Counted from the stretch's first letter, positions 48,371 to 58,709 are shown. The stretch: 64,000 bases of DNA from Synechococcales cyanobacterium VAR_4_metabat_354 (GCA_031414775.1 JANOQI010000057.1:37709-101708); one strand, 5' to 3'. A program made the numbers and translations. Notes: a model not told the origin generated them from the letters alone.

Positions 48371-49846
48371 TCACAATTTTTCCAAGAAATTTTCAGCGTT
48401 CTGTAAATGCTGGTTTCTTTTCTCTTCGGTCATTTTATCAAAAGTTCTAACAAGCATTCCCAAGCGCGGATTAGAAAGAAAAAAGTCGCGATGGACATGC
48501 ATAAATCGCCAGAATAAACCATCCCAAATTGGCTGCCAATCTCCTTTACTAAAGTTGCTCATTTTCATGAGATAGTTACTACCACTAATGTAGGGCTTAG
48601 TACACATACCACCCCCATCCGCAAACTGGCTCATTGCATAAACATTGGGTACCATCACCCAGTCATAGGCATCCACAAACATTTCCATGAACCAGCGATA
48701 CACTTCATCAGGATCAAATTCGCACAGTATCATAAAATTACCCAACACCATCAACCGTTCAATGTGATGGCAGTAGCCACTCTCTAAGGTTCTTTTAATT
48801 ACAATATCTAGAGGTGCAATGCCAGTTTCGCCAGTCCAGAAACTGGGCGGGATTGGTTTATGAAATCCCCAATAGTTACGGGTGCGTTGCTGGCGACCAA
48901 CCCGCTCATAGGTAAGCCGGATAAACTCTCGCCAGCCGATGATTTGACGGATAAATCCCTCTAAGCTATTGAGAGGAATTTCGTCTGCGATCGATAAAAC
49001 TGCTGTCAAAATTTGCTGGGGCGAAAGCAAGCCAATATTCAGCATGGGTGTAAGCAGTGAATGATGGAGAATGGATTGGTCTGAAACGATCGCATCTTCA
49101 TAAGCCCCAAAATCTCGTAATCTCTCTTGCAAAAAATCTTGTAAATATTCTTCGGCTTCCACAAAAGTGGTGGGATAGTAGCCAGCGGTAAAGGGCTGCT
49201 GTGTCGATCCATAGTTGTCTGGAAAATGTCGATCGACATACACTTGCGCTTCTTTTACATAATTATTTAAATCCGGTAGCTGAACAACTGGTGGGATTTG
49301 ATTTTTTGGGTATTTTTGACGATTGTCAACGTCGTAAGTCCATTGTCCACCCACTGGTTTCCCATTACTGTCAATCAGAATCTGCCGCCGTTTGCGCTGG
49401 TCAATATAAAAATCAGTTTGCTTGTAGCTTTTACGACTGGCAAAAAACTCTGCAACTTCACGGGGTTCATTCAAGAAATTAGGCGAAGGATACTCAATAA
49501 GTTTGATTTTCGTCCCAGCAGCACTCACTAACCGCTGTTGCAGCCAGTCATCTACTACCGCAGTGTAATGTAGTTCACTGATTTCAGTGAGTTGGGGGAT
49601 CAGTTTTTGAACATCACAGATGGAGGAAGTGGCGGCGATATATCTAACTTCATAGCCCTGCTGTTGCAAGTAATCGGTATACATTTGCATGGTCGATCGA
49701 TGGATCAGCAGCTTCTGTTTATGAAAACGATACTGATGGAAATACAACCATTCTTCAACTAGATAAACTGGGCGACCGAGAGATAGTGCTGGATGATTTT
49801 GGTAGAGCTGATGGGGGAAAACAATACTAGCAGCGGACATAATCAA
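48371..49846 (-). CDS. Bacterial cryptochrome/(6-4) photolyase, PhrB-related
   Basis: FPHQL, FHKQKL, GGQWTYDVDNR, EGFIRQIIGWRE, HHIERLM, DAYDWVM.PNV, KPYISGSNY. Confidence 0.9.
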   Translation of the reverse strand: MIMSAASIVFPHQLYQNHPALSLGRPVYLVEEWLYFHQYRFHKQKLLIHRSTMQMYTDYLQQQGYEVRYIAATSSICDVQKLIPQLTEISELHYTAVVDDWLQQRLVSAAGTKIKLIEYPSPNFLNEPREVAEFFASRKSYKQTDFYIDQRKRRQILIDSNGKPVGGQWTYDVDNRQKYPKNQIPPVVQLPDLNNYVKEAQVYVDRHFPDNYGSTQQPFTAGYYPTTFVEAEEYLQDFLQERLRDFGAYEDAIVSDQSILHHSLLTPMLNIGLLSPQQILTAVLSIADEIPLNSLEGFIRQIIGWREFIRLTYERVGRQQRTRNYWGFHKPIPPSFWTGETGIAPLDIVIKRTLESGYCHHIERLMVLGNFMILCEFDPDEVYRWFMEMFVDAYDWVMVPNVYAMSQFADGGGMCTKPYISGSNYLMKMSNFSKGDWQPIWDGLFWRFMHVHRDFFLSNPRLGMLVRTFDKMTEEKRNQHLQNAENFLEKL

Positions 49847-49854
49847 ACTAAAAC

Positions 49855-50109
49855 CTATTTTTTGGTGTTGTGAGACTGGAAACGGCCAGCAATAAATTCG
49901 CGCTGTTGCAAGTGTTTAGTTTTACGACTAGTGACTCGCTCCCGCCACATTTTGAAGCTAGAGCGTTGCATTTCGCGACGCATTAGGGCAATTACGTGCT
50001 TTTCTTGCAGGCCAAACTGGAGTTCGATCGATTCAAAAGTCGTCCGGTCTTCCCAGGCCATTTCTACCACTCGATCGATCTCAGCCTGCGTTAAAAGTGG
50101 TAGTTTCAT
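49855..50109 (-). CDS. TIGR03643 / DUF2805 family protein
   Basis: RVVEMAWEDRTTF, SFKMWRERV..RKTKH. Confidence 0.9.
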   Translation of the reverse strand: MKLPLLTQAEIDRVVEMAWEDRTTFESIELQFGLQEKHVIALMRREMQRSSFKMWRERVTSRKTKHLQQREFIAGRFQSHNTKK

Positions 50110-50252
50110 AAAAATTTAAATAGTAATGCCAACAATCAATTTTAACCACAAAAAAATTAGATAGCCAATTAGCCGGAGCCGATAAAAATCAGAGCAGAAA
50201 ATATCCCTGCTCTGCCTTAAACTCTATAATCTTTACCCATCGGCCATCCTGA

Positions 50253-51344
50253 CTAACTGGCTACTAAAAATGGATAGTCGGTATAGCCTTTAGCTCCCGA
50301 CGTATAGAAGGTATCAAAGTCGGGGGGATTGAGAGGAGCATTATGTTTGATACGTTCAGTCAAATCGGGATTAGTTAAGAAAGGAACACCATAAGCAATC
50401 AGATCAGCTTCTTTATTAGCGATTGCTGCTTCTCCAGTCACCCCATCATAGCCACCATTAATCATCAAAGTACCCTGATAAGCTTGGCGAATGTGCGGAG
50501 TTACTCGTTCACCAGGACCAGCTAACATATGACCAGGCAAGGCTTCCATAATGTGTAAATAAGCCAAATTGAAGTTGTTTAATGACTTAGCGACTGCCGT
50601 GAAAGTAGCGATCGGATCACTATCGCGCATATCATTAAAACCGCCAGTGGGCGAAAGGCGAATACCCACCCGATCAGCACTCCACGCTTTTATTACAGCT
50701 GCTGTGACTTCTAATAATAAACGCGAGCGATTGGCCACACTGCCCCCATAGTCATCAGTGCGCTGATTGACTCCATCCCGCAAAAACTGATCTAACAAAT
50801 AACCATTAGCACTATGAATTTCTACTCCATCAAATCCGGCCTCTTGGGCGCGGTGGGTGGCGGCTACATAATCTTGCACTAAAGCAGGGATTTCGCTGGT
50901 TTCCAAGGCTCGTGGCACTGGATAAGGCTTTTTACCACTCGCGGTATGGGCTTCCCCGACAGCCGCGATCGCACTAGAAGAAACTGGAGTCTCACCATGC
51001 GGCTGAAAGTCCGGGTGGGAAGCCCTTCCACAGTGCCAAAGTTGTAAATAAATTCGACCACCTTGATTATGGACAGCCTTAGTTACTTTTTGCCAGCCTT
51101 GAACTTGAGCATCGTTATGAATACCAGGGCTATTCAGCCAGCCCGCTGCTGTTTCCGAAATGTTGGTGGCTTCGGCAATAATGAGACCAGCACTGGCTCT
51201 TTGAGCATAGTGCTCGGCCATTAATTCGTTAGGCAGGCGGTCTTGACCGGCACGGCCACGGGTGAGGGGTGCCATAATCAAGCGATGGGGTAAGGTGAGG
51301 GCACCCAATTGATAGGTGGAAAAAAGATGAGGTAATGCATTCAT
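50253..51344 (-). CDS. Old-yellow-enzyme alkene reductase (NemA-like)
   Basis: MAPLTR, QRASAGLII, QLWHCGR, EIHSANGYLLDQF, KGYTDYP. Confidence 0.93.
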   Translation of the reverse strand: MNALPHLFSTYQLGALTLPHRLIMAPLTRGRAGQDRLPNELMAEHYAQRASAGLIIAEATNISETAAGWLNSPGIHNDAQVQGWQKVTKAVHNQGGRIYLQLWHCGRASHPDFQPHGETPVSSSAIAAVGEAHTASGKKPYPVPRALETSEIPALVQDYVAATHRAQEAGFDGVEIHSANGYLLDQFLRDGVNQRTDDYGGSVANRSRLLLEVTAAVIKAWSADRVGIRLSPTGGFNDMRDSDPIATFTAVAKSLNNFNLAYLHIMEALPGHMLAGPGERVTPHIRQAYQGTLMINGGYDGVTGEAAIANKEADLIAYGVPFLTNPDLTERIKHNAPLNPPDFDTFYTSGAKGYTDYPFLVAS

Positions 51345-51442
51345 GGTTTGTTCGCGGAGCGTCTCCGCAGGAGAATCGAGCTAATTACTTAAAGTGCAAA
51401 ACCGCTCTAAGATGGAAGGTAGTAAATGCCCTTCTTCTTAAG

Positions 51443-51471
51443 TCGATAGTTCGAGTATATCGAACAATCGA
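51443..51471. promoter_or_regulatory. Palindromic operator between the divergent OYE and ArsR genes
   Basis: TCGATAGTTCGA-GTATA-TCGAACAATCGA, a 12-5-12 inverted repeat with one mismatch. Confidence 0.7.
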
Positions 51472-51496
51472 ACTTTGTGCCAAACTATTAAGATTC

Positions 51497-51814
51497 ATGC
51501 GCCCGTTAGCTCATCCCGATCGAGAACAATTGACTATAACCGCTGTGCTTTACGCACTAGGCGATCCGGTACGGTTAGAAATTGTGCGAACTTTAGTCGA
51601 TCGAGGAGAACTATGCTGTAATGCTTTCGACTCCAGTATTCCGAAATCTACGATGTCTCACCATTTTCGGATTTTGCGAGAAGCAGGAGTTATTCATAAG
51701 CGAAAAGAAGGCACCCAACATATTAATACTCTGCGCCGCACTGACTTAGAGATCAGATTTCCTGGTTTGTTAGATGTGGTGTTGAAAGCCACGAACAAGG
51801 AGCTACTGCCATAG
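51497..51814 (+). CDS. ArsR/SmtB family transcriptional regulator
   Basis: ATG at 51497; ALGDPVRLEIV, KSTMSHHFRILREAG, RFPGLL. Confidence 0.9.
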   Translation: MRPLAHPDREQLTITAVLYALGDPVRLEIVRTLVDRGELCCNAFDSSIPKSTMSHHFRILREAGVIHKRKEGTQHINTLRRTDLEIRFPGLLDVVLKATNKELLP

Positions 51815-51906
51815 TTTGAATGCTATTAAAAATCAGTCTGTAACAACCACCTCTGATACAGCAGAGTTAAATGATTGCCACAGGCTGATTCTCTAGCCAA
51901 TAAATT

Positions 51907-52569
51907 TTAGGCAGTAGCGGCCACAGCTTCCTTAACAGCCAGCATCTGGATGTTAAGGAACTGAATCTGCACAGCATCACCCGTGACCGCATCGGCCATC
52001 GTGCGTTCGTTCAAGATAAAGTAATCACCAACCTGAGTATACAGATCAGTAAACAGGGTTTTGCCACCCTTCGCTTCACCAGTAGCCGGGTCAGAATAGA
52101 CCGAATCGTATTGGTGAGACAGATAACCTGCACCAGTATCATGACTGCTAGAAGTATTGATGGTGACGATAGTGCCATGAATCTTGCGGTGTACCATACA
52201 GACTTCATTGTTGCGAAGTTTGTATTTGTCGCCGCTGGCTTTGCCGCCAATCAGGATTTCGATTGCCCCTGTCTCATCGACATCGCCATACTCAAAAGAG
52301 TTCTTGCTATGAGTCTCCTCAAAGGTACGACGCACTCGATGAACAGCGATTTCCCACAACTGACCTTTAACCACATCACTGGCTTCTTTATTATCGATGC
52401 CAGTAATGGCAGTACTGTAGTCGGCATTAACCTGAGCCTGACCGTGAAATACCTCACCGTTCTGGGTGAGCTGAACATTAGCACTGTAGCCAGGAAATTT
52501 TTTATCCCAGGTGTAGCGATTTTCATAAGCAGCCTGGAATAATTCTTGGGCAGTTCTTTGCTCTGTCAT
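51907..52569 (-). CDS. DUF3386 family protein
   Basis: AQELFQAAYENRYTWD..FPGY, HRVRRTFEETH. Confidence 0.85.
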   Translation of the reverse strand: MTEQRTAQELFQAAYENRYTWDKKFPGYSANVQLTQNGEVFHGQAQVNADYSTAITGIDNKEASDVVKGQLWEIAVHRVRRTFEETHSKNSFEYGDVDETGAIEILIGGKASGDKYKLRNNEVCMVHRKIHGTIVTINTSSSHDTGAGYLSHQYDSVYSDPATGEAKGGKTLFTDLYTQVGDYFILNERTMADAVTGDAVQIQFLNIQMLAVKEAVAATA

Positions 52570-52726
52570 ATAAATAAAGCCTGAATGTTATTTCCTCACC
52601 ATTTTAAAGTTTTTCACCAGATGTAGCTGAGGCATGAGTAGTTAAGAAAGAAGAAGACTGACCGCAAGGACATTAATCAATCTAGAATACATGTATTCTA
52701 GAAATCTCAAGTTTTAGTGCTATCAG

Positions 52727-54679
52727 GTGATGCCATCGATGCTGCGTAAAATCCAGGTTAGTAAAGTTGCTGAGGGGGTCAAAAAAAAATCATCTTGGAA
52801 AATTGCTTTGCCTTGGATGCTAATCGTACCGTTTATCATGCAAGTATCGATAATAGTTGGTTTGGTTGGTTATCTCTCTTACCGCAATGGACAACAGGCG
52901 GTACAAGATTTGACGGGTCAGATGATGGATTCATCTAGTCAGCGGCTTGAAGAAAAATTAACTGGCTATCTGGCGACTGCCAAGTTAGCAAATAAACTTA
53001 ACAGTGATGCGATTTGGCGGGGTGACTTGCAGCTCAATTTAGAGCAATCCAGTGCTCAGCGAGAAAAATATCTCTGGCAGCAAATGCAATTGTTTAATAA
53101 CCTCACCTGGATTGGCTTTGGTACAGAACAGAATGGCAACAGCTTAGGTATTTGGCGACCGGGAGCCAATCAAGATTTACAGTTTTTTATCTCTAACCAA
53201 TCAACTCAGCATGTTGGCAATTACTATGCGATCGATCAACAAGGACAGCGGACTACGCAGTTAAAAAACAAGAAGCAGGCGTTTGACACCCGTACTCGCC
53301 CCTGGTACAAAGAAGCGATCGCCGCCAAGACAGCTATCTGGACGAGTATTCATCCTGGTGTATCACCTGGAAACTTCTTTATTGCGACCAGCCAGCCGCT
53401 TTATCAACAGAACAATCAGCTTGTCGGAGTTAGTGTTATTGATATTTCGCTATTAGATATTCAAACATTTCTGGCTCAACACCCGGTCAGTCCGGCTGGA
53501 CAAACTTTTGTGATTGAGAAATCAGGGTTACTAGTAGCCAGTTCTAGCCAAGAAGAAACCTTCCAGCTCCAGGCCGACCAGCCACAACGGATCAAGGCAT
53601 TGGATAGTCAAACGCCTTTGATTAAAGCAACAATGCAAGCCTTACAGCAGCGAGTTGGCAATTTGACCAATATTCAGCAGCGCCAAAAATTTCATTTTGA
53701 GCTGGATCACCAATCACAACTTGTGCAAGTGTCCTCCTTTACCCAGAAACCAGGCTTGGATTGGTTGGTTGTGATTGTAGTACCAGAGTCAGATGTAATG
53801 ACCAAAATTTATGCTGGCACCAAAACCACCATCTGGCTGTGTTTGGTAGCATTGATCGGCATCATTGCCTTGAATATATTCATCAGTCAATGGTTGGCTA
53901 CACCAATTAGGGCGTTGAGCAAGGCCATTCAAAAAGTTGCCCAGGGCAATTTTGATTACCAGGTCAAGACTTCCAGAATTCAGGAATTATCGATGTTGGC
54001 GACCTCCTTTAGCCAAATGAGCCAGGAAATTCAGCAATCTCGGGCCCAACTGGAAGAATACTCTCGATCGCTAGAACAACAAGTTAATGATCGCACCCAA
54101 GCACTTCAGCAAGAAATTAAACAACGGCAGACAGCGGAGATATCATTGCAAGCCGCCAACCAGGAATTAAAAAGTCTGGCTTACCTGGATAGCATGACTC
54201 GCATTGCTAACCGGCGACGGTTTGATGATCAGCTGGAAAAAGAGTGGCACAGAATGAAACGAGAAAAATTACCACTCTCCTTGATTTTGTGCGATGTCGA
54301 TTATTTTAAGCAGTACAACGACACCTACGGGCACCAAGTAGGAGATGAGTGTCTTTGCCACATTGCCCGCGCCATTGCGGCCTCCGCCAAACGTCCGGCC
54401 GATCTAGTTGCCCGCTATGGCGGCGAAGAGTTTGTGATGCTCTTACCCAATACCCCTTTGGGCGGAGCCAGACAAGTAGCCAGCATCATTCAGTTAAACA
54501 TCAAAAATTTGCAACTGCATCACCAAAATTCGGATGTAAGTAAGTACGTAACAGCTAGTTATGGGATAGCTAGTATGATACCCAATGACAATAACGAGCC
54601 AAGACAATTGCTGTTGCGAGTAGATAAGGCGCTGTATTATGCCAAGCGTTCAGGCCGCGATCGAATTGCCGATAGTTGA
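52727..54679 (+). CDS. Membrane diguanylate cyclase (Cache-HAMP-GGDEF)
   Basis: Two TMs, FDTRTRPWY Cache motif, HAMP, RPAD I-site, GGEEF. Confidence 0.93.
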   Translation: MMPSMLRKIQVSKVAEGVKKKSSWKIALPWMLIVPFIMQVSIIVGLVGYLSYRNGQQAVQDLTGQMMDSSSQRLEEKLTGYLATAKLANKLNSDAIWRGDLQLNLEQSSAQREKYLWQQMQLFNNLTWIGFGTEQNGNSLGIWRPGANQDLQFFISNQSTQHVGNYYAIDQQGQRTTQLKNKKQAFDTRTRPWYKEAIAAKTAIWTSIHPGVSPGNFFIATSQPLYQQNNQLVGVSVIDISLLDIQTFLAQHPVSPAGQTFVIEKSGLLVASSSQEETFQLQADQPQRIKALDSQTPLIKATMQALQQRVGNLTNIQQRQKFHFELDHQSQLVQVSSFTQKPGLDWLVVIVVPESDVMTKIYAGTKTTIWLCLVALIGIIALNIFISQWLATPIRALSKAIQKVAQGNFDYQVKTSRIQELSMLATSFSQMSQEIQQSRAQLEEYSRSLEQQVNDRTQALQQEIKQRQTAEISLQAANQELKSLAYLDSMTRIANRRRFDDQLEKEWHRMKREKLPLSLILCDVDYFKQYNDTYGHQVGDECLCHIARAIAASAKRPADLVARYGGEEFVMLLPNTPLGGARQVASIIQLNIKNLQLHHQNSDVSKYVTASYGIASMIPNDNNEPRQLLLRVDKALYYAKRSGRDRIADS

Positions 54680-54682
54680 TCA

Positions 54683-56410
54683 CTAAGCCCCGGCCCACAT
54701 TTGGAGATTGTAAAGCTGTTGCGGTGTCACCTGAGACAGCATCGCCAATTCATATTTGGTGGGCTGGGCAGTGGCCAGCTGCACAGAATAGGTACAGAGC
54801 TGGTCTTGCTGAAAAACAGTAATTTGCACATTTTGACCGGGTTGATAGTTCAGCAACCTTTCATTTAGCTGCTCGGCGCTTACTTTATAGCCATCGATCG
54901 CTAGCAATTCATCGCCGGGATTAATCCCCACTGCTGCCGCTGGCGAACCGCTGGCCACTGTTTTAATCATGGCATGGCCATTTTCATTTTTAACGATTGC
55001 TCCCCAGAAGGGCGGCAGCGGATCGGGGTCGGCGGCGATTATCTCTAAACCAAAGGGTCGGAGATAGTCATTAAAAGGTAACTCCGTCAGTCCATAGAGA
55101 TAGTTTTGATAGAATTCTGGCAGATCCACACCAGCGACTTCTTGAATCAGCGCTTCTAGGCCAATAGCCGTAAATCCTTGGGCTGGTTGACCATACTCTA
55201 GCCATAGTTGTCTTAAGACATCATCAAAAGAGCGCTGGTTTTTGCTCCGATCGCGAATTAGTAGATCCAGCAGCAGCGCCACCATCGCCCCCTTCAGATA
55301 GTAAGACATTTGGGAATTACTGCTGTTGGCATCCTGGCGATAGAGCTTAATCCAGGCATCAAAGCTCGATGCCGTGACGGGCTGCACCCAGCGCCCTGGA
55401 GTCGTTAGATAGCGGCTAATTTCTTTGCTGAGTTCCTTTAAGAAAGTTTGTCGATCGTAGATCCCGGCCCGACAGGGAACAAGCAAATCGTAGTAGCTAG
55501 TGACTCCTTCGCTAAACCATAAACTAGGAGTATAGTTTTCTCCGTCGTAGTCAAATTTTTCTAAGCCTTGCGGGAAGATGCGTTTGACATTCCATAGATG
55601 AAAAAATTCGTGGGCAATTAATTGAATAAAGCGCTGGTAGTGTTTATCGGAGCGCATTTCCCAGCGGGGATACAACAAAGAACAACAATTTTTATGCTCC
55701 AAGCCGCCATAACTGTTGGCTGATAAATGCAATAGAAATAGATATCGATCGTAAGGCAAATCACCAAAAATCTGGGCGGTGGTGCTTACTATTTTTTGGA
55801 TATCGGTAATGGCTTTGGCCACTTCCAAATTTCCTTCGCCCCAAATCGCCAACTGATGGGGTTTCCCGCCCGCCATAAATTCATGAATTTGATGCTGACC
55901 AATCTCGAAGGGACTATCGACCAACGTATCAAAATTGGCCGCCACAAAAGTATTTAGCTGAGTGCTAGGCAACGGCGTAGTAATTTGCCAACCAACTGGT
56001 GGATCGATCGCAATCTCGATCGGCTGCTGCTCATAGCCAGGAATGTAAAAAAATAGTGCTGCTGGGTTGAAATAACCGTGGGTGGCATCCAGATGATTAG
56101 TGCGCACAGTCAACTCATTGGCAAAAACTTGATACTTTACCGTAATTTTTTGCTGACCCTGGGTCGCAATTTGCCAGTGGTTTTTCGCTACTTTAGTCGC
56201 CGACAAAACCTGCCCCGCTACACCAGTGGCGGTTAAAACCGGAATGTGACGAGCATATTCTCGCACCAGATAAGAACCAGGTGTCCACACCGGCATTTTC
56301 AGATCGAGGGTAGGCGCTGACCAATTCTCCACCTGAGCTGTCACCTCAAACAGATGGGTGTGGGGCTGGGGCATGGCCACCAAGTAGGCCAATGTGGAAG
56401 TTGCAGACAT
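54683..56410 (-). CDS. M61 glycyl aminopeptidase with PDZ domain
   Basis: PVWTPGSY, GGLEH, AHEFFHLWN, SEG.TSYY, C-terminal PDZ. Confidence 0.93.
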   Translation of the reverse strand: MSATSTLAYLVAMPQPHTHLFEVTAQVENWSAPTLDLKMPVWTPGSYLVREYARHIPVLTATGVAGQVLSATKVAKNHWQIATQGQQKITVKYQVFANELTVRTNHLDATHGYFNPAALFFYIPGYEQQPIEIAIDPPVGWQITTPLPSTQLNTFVAANFDTLVDSPFEIGQHQIHEFMAGGKPHQLAIWGEGNLEVAKAITDIQKIVSTTAQIFGDLPYDRYLFLLHLSANSYGGLEHKNCCSLLYPRWEMRSDKHYQRFIQLIAHEFFHLWNVKRIFPQGLEKFDYDGENYTPSLWFSEGVTSYYDLLVPCRAGIYDRQTFLKELSKEISRYLTTPGRWVQPVTASSFDAWIKLYRQDANSSNSQMSYYLKGAMVALLLDLLIRDRSKNQRSFDDVLRQLWLEYGQPAQGFTAIGLEALIQEVAGVDLPEFYQNYLYGLTELPFNDYLRPFGLEIIAADPDPLPPFWGAIVKNENGHAMIKTVASGSPAAAVGINPGDELLAIDGYKVSAEQLNERLLNYQPGQNVQITVFQQDQLCTYSVQLATAQPTKYELAMLSQVTPQQLYNLQMWAGA

Positions 56411-56438
56411 AGAGTTGAAAGTTGTAAATGGGGTAATT

Positions 56439-57572
56439 TTAACCGCTACGCAGTTCTTGGGCGGCCAGATAGACCTGGCTCCATTCGCTGACCACCTGAT
56501 TAGTTTTGAGGTTCAGAGCTTTAGCAATGGTATCGATCGATTCACCAGCCTTTAAACTGATCAAAATAGAATGCTGGTTAGGAGCCAAATTGTCCTGAAA
56601 AACCTGCCACTGGCTCTTGGTTAAACCCAAGTTATGTTCTTGCAAAGAAGCTTTCAGCCATTCCGCTACGATCTCCGGCTGACTTTTTACCGCAAATACT
56701 TTCACCGCATGGTAAGAAATTTTTTCACGGAGACGGTACACCTGCTTAATATCTAGTCCTAATTCTTGGGCAATTTCTTCTGGCGACTTACCCAAAAGAT
56801 AGAGCCGCAGCCACTCCTGAGCATCTCTCCCGACGTTTTCGGCCAGATAAGCCAGCATTTGATCTTTAACCTGAGTACGCATTACTTGGGTTTCTTCCCA
56901 ATCTTGCTGTTCTTGATAGTCTTCTAAAACCTGATTATCTAATAAATTAAAAGAAGTATCGCCATACTCATCAGTGATCGTATCGGAAACTAGTTTTACC
57001 GAGTCACTTTGGGGCACATTCGTTACTCCACCCCGTTGGCTACGACGTAGATAATTAACAAACCGGTAGGATAGCAACGGCTGATTTCGAATGGGACGCA
57101 GACAATATTCTTCGAGCGTGGCCAGCATCAGAGTATCGCGCAGCCGAGGATTTTTGGTACATTGCGCAATCCAGACAATCTGTTGCTGAATATATTTATC
57201 ACTTTGGAGCATTTCCTGAACGACTTCTTGTAGCACATCTACTACTGGCCGCTGTCGATCGCGACTAGAAGACAACCAAGCTCGAACTTTTTCTCGCATA
57301 ATGGACAAGCTGCCCAGTCGTTGCATCAGGTTTTTATAAGCTTTTTCGGGAGAAAATCCTAAATAGCGCTGCACCAAAATCCGATATCGATAATCCATCG
57401 ATTGAGCCATAATCGAAGTCTGCTCTGGGGTCAGCTGGGCAAAGCGCTCTTGATTTTCACCTACCAACCATTGCACCACACTCACTTGGGTAGCAGCATT
57501 CTGACCCGCGCACTCTTCGTGCAAGCGCGTTTGCCATTGTTCGATAATTTGGCTTGCTAACTTATTCATCAC
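56439..57572 (-). CDS. HetZ-related protein (type 2, sigma-like HTH)
   Basis: YRYRILVQRYL, SRDRQR.V.DVLQEV, EEYCLRPIRNQPL, VYRLREKISYHA. Confidence 0.8.
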   Translation of the reverse strand: MMNKLASQIIEQWQTRLHEECAGQNAATQVSVVQWLVGENQERFAQLTPEQTSIMAQSMDYRYRILVQRYLGFSPEKAYKNLMQRLGSLSIMREKVRAWLSSSRDRQRPVVDVLQEVVQEMLQSDKYIQQQIVWIAQCTKNPRLRDTLMLATLEEYCLRPIRNQPLLSYRFVNYLRRSQRGGVTNVPQSDSVKLVSDTITDEYGDTSFNLLDNQVLEDYQEQQDWEETQVMRTQVKDQMLAYLAENVGRDAQEWLRLYLLGKSPEEIAQELGLDIKQVYRLREKISYHAVKVFAVKSQPEIVAEWLKASLQEHNLGLTKSQWQVFQDNLAPNQHSILISLKAGESIDTIAKALNLKTNQVVSEWSQVYLAAQELRSG

Positions 57573-57657
57573 TGCTCCTCGGCACTGCCCTACATATATG
57601 TTAATGGGGAATAACGCCAGCCTACATGCTTACATTTTGTAGTATAAGGGAGGTTAG

Positions 57658-58488
57658 TCAATTATTAACTTGTCGCTTGCGCACCAATTCAATCAGCTGT
57701 TGCTGCATAGTTTGTTTAACCTGTTGGTAACAAGACCACACATAGTTTTTATCATTAGCAGCATCTCGACCGCAGTAAGAAAAAGTAATAGGTTTACAAA
57801 TACGATTGTGAATTTGGACTGGCGCCGGGATATTAGGCAAAGGACCAATGGCCACACCCCAAGGAAAGCCTAAATATACGGGTAGGGTTAAAGGATCGAC
57901 ACCGCCCAGCCACGGTAAGCCTAACGGCTTAATCTGAGAATACAAATTGCCCAAAACCAGCAAGCTATCGTGCGCCCCAGCCGAGATCACCGGCACAATT
58001 GGCACTTTTTCGCGCAGGGCTAACTTAATAAAACCAGTGCGGCTAGCAAAGTTGATGCGGTGTCGCCACTGGTGACGGCGAAAAACATCTTCTACCCCAC
58101 CGGGATAAACCAAAACCGGACAACCTTGACGCAAAGCACGGCTAGCCGCCCGGGGATGCGCGACCACTGCCCCAAATTCCATGGCCATTTCGGCGATCGG
58201 TGGTGAAATTTCCCAAACCTTGGGGTGCATTAAGCCATAAATGGGCTGCTCGGTACCATAACGCTGAAACCATTCGTACATTAGCATGTACATATCCGGC
58301 GCTGCTAACCCACCGTTATGACTACCCACCGCCAAAAAGGGCTGACCAAGAGGCACATGATCCCAACCATCGCTGGTGACCCGAAAGTAGTAGCGATAAA
58401 ACCATGACCAAATCGGCATCATGGCCTTAATCGTATCTGGGTTACGTCGATCGAGAGACCAAATATGGCGCGGATAGTGTACTTCCAA
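57658..58488 (-). CDS. Lysophospholipid/DGAT-like acyltransferase
   Basis: GSHNGGLAAPD, VYPGG, GFIKLAL, VPIVPV. Confidence 0.88.
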   Translation of the reverse strand: MEVHYPRHIWSLDRRNPDTIKAMMPIWSWFYRYYFRVTSDGWDHVPLGQPFLAVGSHNGGLAAPDMYMLMYEWFQRYGTEQPIYGLMHPKVWEISPPIAEMAMEFGAVVAHPRAASRALRQGCPVLVYPGGVEDVFRRHQWRHRINFASRTGFIKLALREKVPIVPVISAGAHDSLLVLGNLYSQIKPLGLPWLGGVDPLTLPVYLGFPWGVAIGPLPNIPAPVQIHNRICKPITFSYCGRDAANDKNYVWSCYQQVKQTMQQQLIELVRKRQVNN

Positions 58489-58574
58489 GGAGATTAGATA
58501 TTTTTTAGTTGCATTGAAATGATTAATCCATGCTTAGAGGTGTTTCGTCAACCAAAACAATTTTGGTGTACCTG

Positions 58575-58603
58575 TTGACAAACCAGCAAAAAGCATCTAA
58601 TGT
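58575..58603 (+). promoter_or_regulatory. sigma70-type promoter of tRNA-Val
   Basis: TTGACA-17 nt-TAATGT. Confidence 0.7.
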
Positions 58604-58624
58604 TGATATTCGGTGTTCAAACGC

Positions 58625-58696
58625 GGGCGGTTAACTCAGCGGTAGAGTATCTGCCTTACAAGCAGGCTGCCACAAGTTCGAATCTTGTACCGCCCA
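58625..58696 (+). tRNA. trnV: tRNA-Val(TAC)
   Basis: GGGCGGT/ACCGCCC acceptor stem, loop CTTACAA, GTTCGAATC; CCA not encoded. Confidence 0.95.
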
Positions 58697-58709
58697 TAGT
58701 ATGCACCTT

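Noticed and set aside
52727..54679. The diguanylate cyclase as the activator of the GT2 synthase
   Set aside because: It is more than 15 kb away with housekeeping genes between, and I see no PilZ domain in the synthase.
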